This document shows positions 1 to 7,987 of a stretch of DNA of 64,000 nucleotides, piece after piece. The DNA is taken from IMG/VR virus record IMGVR_UViG_3300044490_000250, positions 1-64,000 of that record. One strand, given 5' to 3'. The translations under genes were made by a program, and so were the position numbers. Numbering within the stretch: position 1 is the stretch's first letter; every line of letters starts with the position of its first letter. The notes beneath the pieces were generated by a model. That model searched no databases, was not told where the DNA came from, and saw nothing but the letters and a program-made list of their open reading frames with translations. This DNA comes from a virus.

Positions 1-21
1 AGAAGGGAGCTGGCGAGTGCG

Positions 22-68
22 AACCGGGAACGCCTCCGGTTGTGGTTCGAGTCCACACCGACCCCACC
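22..68 (+). ncRNA. 3' part of a tRNA/tmRNA-like RNA (truncated by window edge)
   Basis: T-arm TGTGG-TTCGAGT-CCACA (41-57), preceded by hairpin AACCGG..CCGGTT and followed by CCGACCCC-A-CC. The 5' half is not visible. Confidence 0.45.
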
Positions 69-73
69 TACCC

Positions 74-1618
74 ATGACTGTTACCATCCAGCCGTCCATC
101 GCCAACGGGCGGGTCCTCGCCCACCGCTGCCGCATTGACGACGAGCTGCCAGAGGACATCAGGTACAACCTGAAGCAGCAGCTCACCTACTGGGATGACG
201 AGATCGCCAAGGCTGTCTGCGCCGGCGACTTCCTCGTCTACTGCCGGCGGTGCGGAAAGCGGCTGGAGGGCAGCGACACCTGTACCAACTGTGCACAAGA
301 ATCTGGGGTCAGAGTTGCACTAACCTTCCCACGAGGTCTGCTCAACCGCGTCGTCCACATTCTCACCAAACGGGGCATGTCTGTACAAGTTCAGGCCGCC
401 AAACCTGAGCAAAGAGATACAGACATCGAGCTGTTCCCCCCGCTTCGGCCGTATCAGCAAGCAGCGGTGCTAGCTCTGGACAACTTTGGGTGGGGAATCC
501 TAGAAGCGCCGCCCCGCTCAGGGAAGACCTTGATGCTCGCCAGGGACTGGGCCCGGCGGGGCTGCCCGCCCGCCACGTGGCTCTGCGACACCATCATCCT
601 GGCCGAGCAGACGCGGCGTGTGTTCCGCGCTCTGTTCCCCCGCCGCACCATCGGCCTTGTGGGAGACGGCCTGTGCGAGATCGGGGACCTGACCATCATC
701 ACCGCACAGAGCGCCCACCTTGCGCTCAAGCAGCACAACCGGGTTCAGGCCGTCAACAAACGGCTGTTCTACGACTCGCAAGAAGCGGTGCCGACGCGGT
801 ACCAGGACATCGTGGAGCACCTCGACCGCAGCACCCATCTCTACCGCGACGAGGCTCACCACGCCGTCCAGCCGATCGACAGCGGCACGCTACGCAACAT
901 GCACAACGCCCACATCCGACGCTTCGCCAGCGGCACCCCGTGGGACACCAAGGCGGACGGCTTGAGGCTGGAGGCGCTGGGCGGCAGCGTGGTCTGGAGC
1001 GTGGACTACGAGTACCTGTTCACCCACGGCGACGACACCACCGGAGAGTGGATGCCCTACCTCATCCGGCCGCAGGTCACCGTGGCGCAGGTGCCCCCAC
1101 GGCGGTACCCCGGCCGCGCGGTCTGGAGCCAGATATACGCCGACTACATCCGAGGCAACGAGGACCGCAACCGCCTCATCGTCGACTGGACCAACCAGCA
1201 CGTGCGCGAGAACCGCAGCGTGTGCATCATCGTGCGCCAGACAACCCACGGCAACGTACTCGCCGAGCTGCTACCGGAGGCGGTGTTGCTCTACGGGAAG
1301 CACACCCGAGACCAACGCCACGCCGCCTTGACGGCCCTGGCGGAAAAGCGTAAGATGGTCGCCATCTCCACCGTGATGGGAGAGGGGGTGGATGTGCAAA
1401 GCCTGGACTGTGTGGTCAACGCCGCGGGAGAGCAAAGCGCCATCCCCGTCATGCAGCGACTGCGGTGCATGACGCCGGCGCCCGGTAAGCGAGCGGCGTA
1501 CATGCTGGACTTCTTGGATCAGGCGCGCTGGCTCAGCGGCCATGCCAAACGCCGCATTGAGCTGTACGAGAAGTTCGGGTTCATCGTCGACCGCCCTAAA
1601 ACTGAGGAAGAGAGGTGA
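74..1618 (+). CDS. Superfamily 2 (DEAH/UvsW-like) helicase with N-terminal Zn ribbon
   Basis: Q motif LRPYQ, Walker A APPRSGKT, DEAH, SGTP, GEGVDV; CRRC..CTNC. Start placed at ATG 74. Confidence 0.9.
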   Translation: MTVTIQPSIANGRVLAHRCRIDDELPEDIRYNLKQQLTYWDDEIAKAVCAGDFLVYCRRCGKRLEGSDTCTNCAQESGVRVALTFPRGLLNRVVHILTKRGMSVQVQAAKPEQRDTDIELFPPLRPYQQAAVLALDNFGWGILEAPPRSGKTLMLARDWARRGCPPATWLCDTIILAEQTRRVFRALFPRRTIGLVGDGLCEIGDLTIITAQSAHLALKQHNRVQAVNKRLFYDSQEAVPTRYQDIVEHLDRSTHLYRDEAHHAVQPIDSGTLRNMHNAHIRRFASGTPWDTKADGLRLEALGGSVVWSVDYEYLFTHGDDTTGEWMPYLIRPQVTVAQVPPRRYPGRAVWSQIYADYIRGNEDRNRLIVDWTNQHVRENRSVCIIVRQTTHGNVLAELLPEAVLLYGKHTRDQRHAALTALAEKRKMVAISTVMGEGVDVQSLDCVVNAAGEQSAIPVMQRLRCMTPAPGKRAAYMLDFLDQARWLSGHAKRRIELYEKFGFIVDRPKTEEER

Positions 1619-1881
1619 GCCTTGTGGAGGGCACCCATCGGAGGTGCCGCACGATCTGCGCGGTGTGGGTGTGGATCGTAGCGCTGAGCCCCGCCGCAAT
1701 CGCGCTGTACTGTCCGGTGTGGCTCTACGTTCACGTCCGCACCGCAAACCCACCCGGCTGGCCCACACCGGAGGCGCTGGTGGTAGGGTGGCTCGGACTG
1801 GCGGTGAGTTGGCTGCTCGTGCTTGTAGCTACAACGAAAGGAGAAAGCCAGTGCTCAACAAGATCGCCGCTGTGTGGTTGA
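1615..1881 (+). CDS. Small membrane protein
   Basis: GTGA overlap with helicase stop; two hydrophobic segments. Confidence 0.55.
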   Translation: MSLVEGTHRRCRTICAVWVWIVALSPAAIALYCPVWLYVHVRTANPPGWPTPEALVVGWLGLAVSWLLVLVATTKGESQCSTRSPLCG

Positions 1882-2081
1882 TCGGAGATGTGCTGCTCGT
1901 GCTGTGGCTCTTCACGTCAGCCATCGTCTGCCTCGCCGGCGGCCCACCCCTGTGGCTGGCCCCACAACACGTCGTTCTGGTCCTGCTCGGCTGGATTGTC
2001 GCGGCGCCGCTCGGCATCATCCTCGGCGCCTTCGTGTACACCCTGACAGACTACGCTGTCGAACTCTGGAGGAAGAAGTGA
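1851..2081 (+). CDS. Small two-TM membrane protein
   Basis: AAGGAG RBS then GTG at 1851; two long hydrophobic stretches. Confidence 0.6.
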   Translation: MLNKIAAVWLIGDVLLVLWLFTSAIVCLAGGPPLWLAPQHVVLVLLGWIVAAPLGIILGAFVYTLTDYAVELWRKK

Positions 2082-2614
2082 TGCGAGACCTACGGCCCCA
2101 GTGGGAGTGGTTGTACCGGCCCGTCGATCACCGCAACCCGCTCGACCCACCCGAGGCGATCCACGGCTACCGCCAAAACGCACTGCGGTACGTCATCCGC
2201 GACGCCGCTCGCGAGCTGGACCTGAGCCCCTCTCAGGCCGCGCGGCTGGCGCTCATTCTGATCGACCGCGGCGTTGCCAAGTGGCTGCGGAACCGGAAGG
2301 TGATGCTCTACACCAAGCACGCCATGCAGAAGGAACTTCGGATAGCCGACATCTTCCTGCGGGGCAGACTCGCTCCCAAGGTCCGAGAGTTCCTCAAGGG
2401 GTGGAGACAGTCTACGAACCTCCACCGCCAGACCCTCCGCAGGATCGGGCACAGCCCGCGGGTGTGCCTGGGCGCCGACCGGGCCGACGCCCGCTTCATC
2501 GCGGCCTTGCTCAAGCACGGAACGACACCGCAGCAGCGGGCGGCCGAGGCCCCCGGGATGCTGCGGCGCGCGGTGGACAAGCTGCGCCAGTTGCTCCAAC
2601 CCAGCGAGGCGTAG
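2081..2614 (+). CDS. Hypothetical basic protein
   Basis: TGATG coupling; MRDLRPQWEWLY... Confidence 0.6.
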   Translation: MRDLRPQWEWLYRPVDHRNPLDPPEAIHGYRQNALRYVIRDAARELDLSPSQAARLALILIDRGVAKWLRNRKVMLYTKHAMQKELRIADIFLRGRLAPKVREFLKGWRQSTNLHRQTLRRIGHSPRVCLGADRADARFIAALLKHGTTPQQRAAEAPGMLRRAVDKLRQLLQPSEA

Positions 2615-2631
2615 ACGGCGGCCACCACGCA

Positions 2632-2660
2632 AGGGGCCTAGACAAAGTTTCTAGGCCCCT
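2632..2660. terminator. 11-bp inverted repeat (terminator-like hairpin)
   Basis: AGGGGCCTAGA-caaagtt-TCTAGGCCCCT; no U-tract on the + strand. Confidence 0.45.
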
Positions 2661-2776
2661 ACAGCAAAAGATGAGCGCGATCAGCACCCAGGACGCCACT
2701 GGGAACGACAAGGCCCCCAGATCGGCTCAGAACGCCTGCTACTACAACCGGTAGTAGCAAGCATCGGAGGGCGGAG

Positions 2777-3106
2777 ATGACCAAGTCGGAGTTTGTACGG
2801 CACTGGTGGGCGCTCTCCACGCGCTACGGGGGCGTCCCTCGCCACACCACCCGAACGAGGATGCTGTGGGCTACGCTGCACACCGAGGCCCAGGCACTTC
2901 AGGCCGAGAGCCAGCTCAGCTGGGATACGCTGGCTTCGGCAGCGTCGTGGTGGTGGCCAAGGCAACGCAGCGACGTGCGGGCGGCGCCGGCTGAAATGCA
3001 GAAGGACCTGGAGCTCTGGACCAAACTCACCCAGCTAGCTGCGGTTCTGGGGTGCACCGTCGAGGAGGCCGAACAGCGGCTGGCCGCCATCGTTCGGCTG
3101 CCGTAA
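2777..3106 (+). CDS. Hypothetical protein (possible replication initiator-related)
   Basis: GGAGG RBS; 109 aa; adjacent to the structured ori-like region. Confidence 0.55.
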   Translation: MTKSEFVRHWWALSTRYGGVPRHTTRTRMLWATLHTEAQALQAESQLSWDTLASAASWWWPRQRSDVRAAPAEMQKDLELWTKLTQLAAVLGCTVEEAEQRLAAIVRLP

Positions 3107-3134
3107 AGTGAGCAGCCTCAACGTCGTCCCAACC

Positions 3135-3550
3135 TTCCAGGCGCCGGCGGCCGTTTGCCGGCGGCTGGAAGCGACGGCGGCCGTTTGCCGTCGCTGGTGT
3201 CTACATCTGTGCACGTGTGGCGTTTCTGTGAAGCCCGCGTATCCTTCCCCTTAAGCGTTTCCTCCTTCGGAGGAAACACTTAAGGGAAAGTCTACCTTTG
3301 AGAAGTCCTAACGACTTAACTACTACGACTAACGTCTTACGTCTTAACTACAGCAAGGAACTTGCCAAGTGTCGAACGGGTGTTCGATCGCCCCTGCTGG
3401 TTGGGCGGCGCTGGAGGTGGGTAGGCTGCAGGTGTCGGCCTCCTATCAGACCTCGGCGGCTTGCAACCCCGAGGGAGCGCCATGCGGACCCGGCCGGCGG
3501 GTACTGGTTCCCCGCCGGCCCCCGCAGAACCAGAGGCGTCCAGCGTACAC
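3135..3550. other. Structured non-coding region, candidate replication origin or ncRNA
   Basis: 16-nt direct repeat at 3145/3175, each forming a hairpin; 17-bp IR at 3248-3286; AT-rich tract at 3309-3351; further hairpins. Confidence 0.5.
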
Positions 3551-3554
3551 CCCC

Positions 3555-3583
3555 TTGACAGTCACCTGTGTTCCTGCTACACT
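3555..3583 (+). promoter_or_regulatory. Sigma70-type promoter
   Basis: TTGACA-N17-TACACT with extended -10 TG. Confidence 0.75.
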
Positions 3584-3652
3584 TGGGCGCTGATGAGGTA
3601 GATACCATGATCCTGGGCGGCTGTCGTTGTCGACCGAGGAGGTACTGACGCC

Positions 3653-4192
3653 GTGCATGAAGCGGACTGCGCCGCGTGCCAAGCCTCAGCGGAGCGTCTC
3701 TGCCCCGGGCTACTCCCGGTGGGCGACGGGAGGTGGCGGCGGTGTGAGCGGCGCCGGAACGATGACGCGCAGGAGTTGCTGCCCGGCAGTGGCTTGGAGC
3801 GGCTGGTCAACACCTGTGACCTGCGGGGGATCGACCCCTCCAAGGAGACCCTGCTGGTGGAGTGCGCGGAAGACCCGGCCTGGGCACGGCTGCTGCTGGA
3901 GCACTTGGTGTCGGTGGAGTTGCTGCACGGTCGGCAGGCGAGGTTCGTGCTCGTCCCCGCTTGGGCGGGGCGAGGCTGGGAGATGATGCGCCAGCCTTGG
4001 ATGGAGCCGACGTTGGTGGCCTGGGCCTACCCGGACTTGGCGCAAGCGGGTGATGTGTGGATCGACCAGATGGCGCAGCAGATGCTGGCTCGGGTGACGA
4101 GCGGGCAGCGCAGCGCCTTCTGTGCTTTTGGAGCGTGGCGTCCTCGGACCGCGATGGAGAACCTGCTGCTGCAGGAAATCAAAGGACGGTGA
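3653..4192 (+). CDS. Hypothetical Cys-containing protein, possibly a degenerate DnaC-like loader
   Basis: AGGAGG RBS; N-terminal CxxC..C..C; lies upstream of DnaB; no intact Walker A. Confidence 0.5.
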   Translation: MHEADCAACQASAERLCPGLLPVGDGRWRRCERRRNDDAQELLPGSGLERLVNTCDLRGIDPSKETLLVECAEDPAWARLLLEHLVSVELLHGRQARFVLVPAWAGRGWEMMRQPWMEPTLVAWAYPDLAQAGDVWIDQMAQQMLARVTSGQRSAFCAFGAWRPRTAMENLLLQEIKGR

Positions 4193-4195
4193 AGC

Positions 4196-4408
4196 ATGGC
4201 GCGTGTCAAGCCCCTGCCTACGAAGAGCGAAGCGCTGATCGACTCCGCGTCCGCCGCCAGTTTCGCGGCGGTGTTCTCTGACCCTGAGACCTGCGTCGTG
4301 CTTGACCACCCGGTCTCCGGGCCGCTCTTCATTGACCGCGGAGCGACAAGTCAGCTGTTCTCCCGACTGGCTCAATACGCTGCGGCGTTCGCCGCGCAGG
4401 AGGAGTAG
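4196..4408 (+). CDS. Hypothetical protein
   Basis: Tightly packed 70-aa ORF in the operon. Confidence 0.55.
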   Translation: MARVKPLPTKSEALIDSASAASFAAVFSDPETCVVLDHPVSGPLFIDRGATSQLFSRLAQYAAAFAAQEE

Positions 4409-4825
4409 ATGCTCATCAAGCGGATGGTGGCTGTCCAGGCCGTCGTCACGGAGACGTTGATCCAGGAGATCGTCAACGACCTCACCGCACAGATCACGCA
4501 CGCCCGCGCCGAGCTGGAACAACTGGACAAAGACGTGACGCACCGGATATACCAAGCCCAGTCGGGCCCATCCCCCCAGCACATCCAGGCTGCGCTGCAG
4601 ATGCGGCAGCAGTGGCACCAAGAGAAGCTGCGACGTGAGCAAGCCATCGCCGCGGCCGAGCAGCGCTGCGAGGAGGCCCGCGGCTTGGTCCTCGGCACGC
4701 TGGTGCACCGGGGGCAGGTGGAGGGCTGGGTGGAAGTGAGTGAGGGCACGCACCTGAAGGTGGCCCTGGAAGGTGGGAAGCTGATCGTGAGGGACGACAT
4801 CGTGTTGGAGGTCCGGGGGGCGTAG
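4409..4825 (+). CDS. ylqD: YlqD-family protein
   Basis: N-terminal IKRMVAVQAVVTE, central coiled coil and C-terminal GQVEGWVEV..LIVRDDIVLEVR match the YlqD pattern as recalled. Confidence 0.7.
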   Translation: MLIKRMVAVQAVVTETLIQEIVNDLTAQITHARAELEQLDKDVTHRIYQAQSGPSPQHIQAALQMRQQWHQEKLRREQAIAAAEQRCEEARGLVLGTLVHRGQVEGWVEVSEGTHLKVALEGGKLIVRDDIVLEVRGA

Positions 4826-4854
4826 CCAGCAATCCTCCCTACCGAGGCTGAGAC

Positions 4855-6204
4855 TTGACTCCGACTGCACGCCGGGCACTGCTACGTTACGCGTTGTGCG
4901 CCGAGGGGCTGCAGGCCCTCAGCGGACGGGACACCGAGTTCCTGAGCAACCTCCTGCAGGCATACGATGAATCGCGGCGGGCCTTCGTTCCGACACCGGA
5001 GTCGGTGGCCTTCGTGGAAGCGTTGGAGTACGCGCGGCAGCACGGGGCCCCGATGCCGCCGCTGGCCTTTGAGCGGCTGGGCGGAGACGCCGAGCAGCGC
5101 GCGCAGGTGATCGCAACGGTGGCGCAGGCGCTGCAGCAACCCCTCGTGGTCACCGACTTGGCCGCCTTGGAGCACGACCTCACCGCGTGGTGGGCGGCCA
5201 TGTCGCACAACCGTGTGGCGTATGCGTGCTCCCCCCAAACCCTCACCGATGTTCCTGACTCGCTGGATGCGACGATCAAGGGCCTCCAGGATGTACGCGA
5301 CCGGCTCCGCACCAACGGCCAGCACCCCGTGGTCAACTTGAAGGAGATCGCCCAAGCGCACTTGGCGGAGATGCTGGCCAAGCGCCGCAACCCTGACTTG
5401 GCGCGGGGGATCGGCAGCGGCTTTCCCACCTTCGACCAACGGAGGGGCGGGCTGTACAAAGGCCAGCTCGGGCTGCTGGCCGGGCGGCAGAAATCGGGGA
5501 AGTCCATGACCGCTTTGCGAATGGGTATCTCAGCGTGGACGCAAGGCCACGCCCCCCTCATCATCTGCCACGAGATGCTGACCGACCTGCAGGTGCGACG
5601 GTTCGCCGCGATCTGCTTGGCTGAGAAGCACGCCCTGAGCCACGGGCGCTGGGACCCTGACTTGATGGGGCAGCTCCGCCGGGCCCGGTTGGACGACGAG
5701 CAGTGGAAGGAGTACGAGGAGTTCTGGCACGCCGTCCGTGACTACCACACCCCCCTGCTCATTTCAGACCCACGTGCGGTTCGCAGCACGGGCGACATCG
5801 AGCGGTTGGTCAAACAGCACACCCAGGAGCACGGGGTCGAGGTGGTGGTGGTGGACAGTGGGCAGTCACAGACGCCGGCGGAGAAGTGGAGCGACGACCG
5901 GGACAAGCAGAAGGCGGTGGTCGAGCACCTGGACCGTATCGCCCAGGACTGCGAAGTGGCGATGGTCTGTGACCTGCAGACCACTCGCGATAAGGGCCTC
6001 GAAAAGAGCAGCGGGCCGGAGTGCATCGCCGAGGCCGACACCTGGGGACGGACCTGCTTCTGGGTGCTGCGTATCTGGCCCACCGGCCCCAGCACCGCCG
6101 ACCTCCAAGTGCTGATCGACCGCGACGGACCGTGCGGCTACAGCATCCCTCTGGTGTTCGACCTGAAGGCTGGGCTGATCTTCGAGCAGGCGACCGAGGT
6201 CTAA
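4855..6204 (+). CDS. dnaB: DnaB-like replicative helicase
   Basis: GIGSGFPTFD..GGL..GQLGLLAGRQKSGKS (Walker A), HEM, VVVVD (Walker B), DRDG. Confidence 0.9.
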   Translation: MTPTARRALLRYALCAEGLQALSGRDTEFLSNLLQAYDESRRAFVPTPESVAFVEALEYARQHGAPMPPLAFERLGGDAEQRAQVIATVAQALQQPLVVTDLAALEHDLTAWWAAMSHNRVAYACSPQTLTDVPDSLDATIKGLQDVRDRLRTNGQHPVVNLKEIAQAHLAEMLAKRRNPDLARGIGSGFPTFDQRRGGLYKGQLGLLAGRQKSGKSMTALRMGISAWTQGHAPLIICHEMLTDLQVRRFAAICLAEKHALSHGRWDPDLMGQLRRARLDDEQWKEYEEFWHAVRDYHTPLLISDPRAVRSTGDIERLVKQHTQEHGVEVVVVDSGQSQTPAEKWSDDRDKQKAVVEHLDRIAQDCEVAMVCDLQTTRDKGLEKSSGPECIAEADTWGRTCFWVLRIWPTGPSTADLQVLIDRDGPCGYSIPLVFDLKAGLIFEQATEV

Positions 6205-6205
6205 C

Positions 6206-6667
6206 ATGCGACCCTTGAAGCCGATCCTGGAAGTGGCGGAAGCGTGCGGGCTGACACTCGAACCCCGCGGTCTGGAGTACGCCACCATCTGCCCGAACCA
6301 TGACGACCGGAACGCGTCGTTGTTCATCCACTCGACCAAGGAAGTGTGGGTGTGCTACGGCTGCTCCCGGGGTGGTTCGGCGCTGGCCCTCGTCCGCTTT
6401 CTCGGTAAGCCCGACACGCTGGCGATCGACGGCGACGCCCCGGAGTTCGTGCTGCCCCCGACGACCACTCGCACGGTGGACTGGGTGCACCTGGGGGAGC
6501 GGTTCTGCGCCTTGTCCGTGCTGATCGACGAGGGACTCGTGGACCCCCGTCTCCTGCGGGACTTGGATGCCGCGGCGGTGAACGGGGACGACGGGCGGGT
6601 GGAGGGGCTGCTGGCGCTGGTGGAAGAACAGGTCTTGACACGCGCCGTGTTGTGTGCTACTGTGTGA
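6206..6667 (+). CDS. Stand-alone CHC2 zinc-finger (primase Zn-binding domain) protein
   Basis: CPNHDDRNASL...WVCYGC..GG; no TOPRIM domain. Confidence 0.8.
   Translation: MRPLKPILEVAEACGLTLEPRGLEYATICPNHDDRNASLFIHSTKEVWVCYGCSRGGSALALVRFLGKPDTLAIDGDAPEFVLPPTTTRTVDWVHLGERFCALSVLIDEGLVDPRLLRDLDAAAVNGDDGRVEGLLALVEEQVLTRAVLCATV
6635..6663 (+). promoter_or_regulatory. Sigma70-type promoter
   Basis: TTGACA-N17-TACTGT with extended TG. Confidence 0.6.
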
Positions 6668-6711
6668 AGCTGCCGTGGTGTACCAACCCATAGCCTTGAG
6701 GAGCCAATCAG

Positions 6712-7365
6712 ATGACCCGAGACGACCTGTTGCAGCAGGCGACGATGACGCCCCTGACGCCGCAGAACTTCCCACCCGGCACGCAGTTCGTGGGGGCGCA
6801 CGGCATCGGCGAGATCGTGCAGTGGGGGGACAACGGCCTGGAGGCCGGCGTGAAGGTGGCTGGCTGGGAAGGGTTCAACGCCCCCACCGGGCCCCCTGAC
6901 CGTGTGCGGCGTGAGACCCCGGCGACGTTGGACACCGAGCGCCAGCCGGAACTGCCGAAGCTGCCGGCTGGCTGGGGGACCAGCCCCGCGGCACCGGATG
7001 TGGATGGCGGGATCACGCTGCCCCCGGAGCCGCCGCCCCCGCCGCCCGTTTCCCAAGCGGCGCCGCTGAGCATCGAGTCGCCTCCAGAACTGCCCCACCC
7101 CGCCATCGAGTCCTTGCGGGACCTACTGCTGCACGGGGGCCACACCGCCTTGACCGAGCAGTGGGATGCGGTGTGCGGCAGCCCTCTCGTGGGCCAGGAC
7201 CCCATCGTGCTGTTGATCGCGGCCTTCCAGGCGATGTGCCGCCGCGGGGACTACCCGTGCCCATCCCTCTTCCGTCAGTTGCTCGCCCAGTGCGGCGGCC
7301 TGCCGGCCGGGTCGGTGCAGGCGCTGCGTCTCGGCGACCAGCTCGGACGGGCACTGGAGGGGTAA
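6712..7365 (+). CDS. Pro-rich hypothetical protein
   Basis: GAGGAG RBS; 217 aa. Confidence 0.6.
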   Translation: MTRDDLLQQATMTPLTPQNFPPGTQFVGAHGIGEIVQWGDNGLEAGVKVAGWEGFNAPTGPPDRVRRETPATLDTERQPELPKLPAGWGTSPAAPDVDGGITLPPEPPPPPPVSQAAPLSIESPPELPHPAIESLRDLLLHGGHTALTEQWDAVCGSPLVGQDPIVLLIAAFQAMCRRGDYPCPSLFRQLLAQCGGLPAGSVQALRLGDQLGRALEG

Positions 7366-7366
7366 C

Positions 7367-7987
7367 GTGGACTACGGCAAGTTCATCGTCTTCGATGGCG
7401 CGGACGGTGTCGGCAAGACGACGATGGCCCGTCGATTGACGCAGTGGCTCGTCGACGCAGGCGTCCCGACGATCCTGGCCAAAGAGTCGGAGTCGGCGGA
7501 CCCCGCGGCGGCGGCGCTGTACGAAGCGGCCGTGGGGGACGCGGTCGGGGGGCGGCTGGAGCCCGTGGCCCTCCACCTGCTGTTCGCCTCGATGCGGGCG
7601 CAGCACGTAGCGCGGGTGGTACGCCCGGCGCTGACCTCCGGTACGTGGGTGGTGGGAGACCGCCACTCACTCTCGGGTCTCGTCTACGCCGGGTACGGAC
7701 TGGCGTTGCCCCTCCGTAACGTCTGGGATGTCGAGCGGACCGCGTGCGGACCCTTCCGGTCCCCGTCGCTGACCATCGTGTTGTTCCGCCGGCGTGGGAA
7801 GGTGGACGGCGAGCAGTTCTTCGAGCGCAAAGGGGACGACTTCCAGCGCCGAGTGCGGTACGGGTACGCCCAAGAGGCCAAGACGTGGGGGCTCCCGATG
7901 GTGTCGACGGACTGTAGCGAGGACGAGACGTTCGACAAGGTGCTCCTACACGTGAAGCCTTTGCTGAGGGAGGCGGCTGGTGACTGA
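7367..7987 (+). CDS. tmk: Thymidylate (dTMP) kinase, copy 1
   Basis: FIVFDGADGVGKTT, LLFASMRAQH..RPAL, GDRH, FQRRVRYGY. Confidence 0.9.
   Translation: MDYGKFIVFDGADGVGKTTMARRLTQWLVDAGVPTILAKESESADPAAAALYEAAVGDAVGGRLEPVALHLLFASMRAQHVARVVRPALTSGTWVVGDRHSLSGLVYAGYGLALPLRNVWDVERTACGPFRSPSLTIVLFRRRGKVDGEQFFERKGDDFQRRVRYGYAQEAKTWGLPMVSTDCSEDETFDKVLLHVKPLLREAAGD

Noticed and set aside
3145-3190. Possible mini-CRISPR
   Set aside because: Only two 16-nt repeats with a 14-nt gap; no cas genes.
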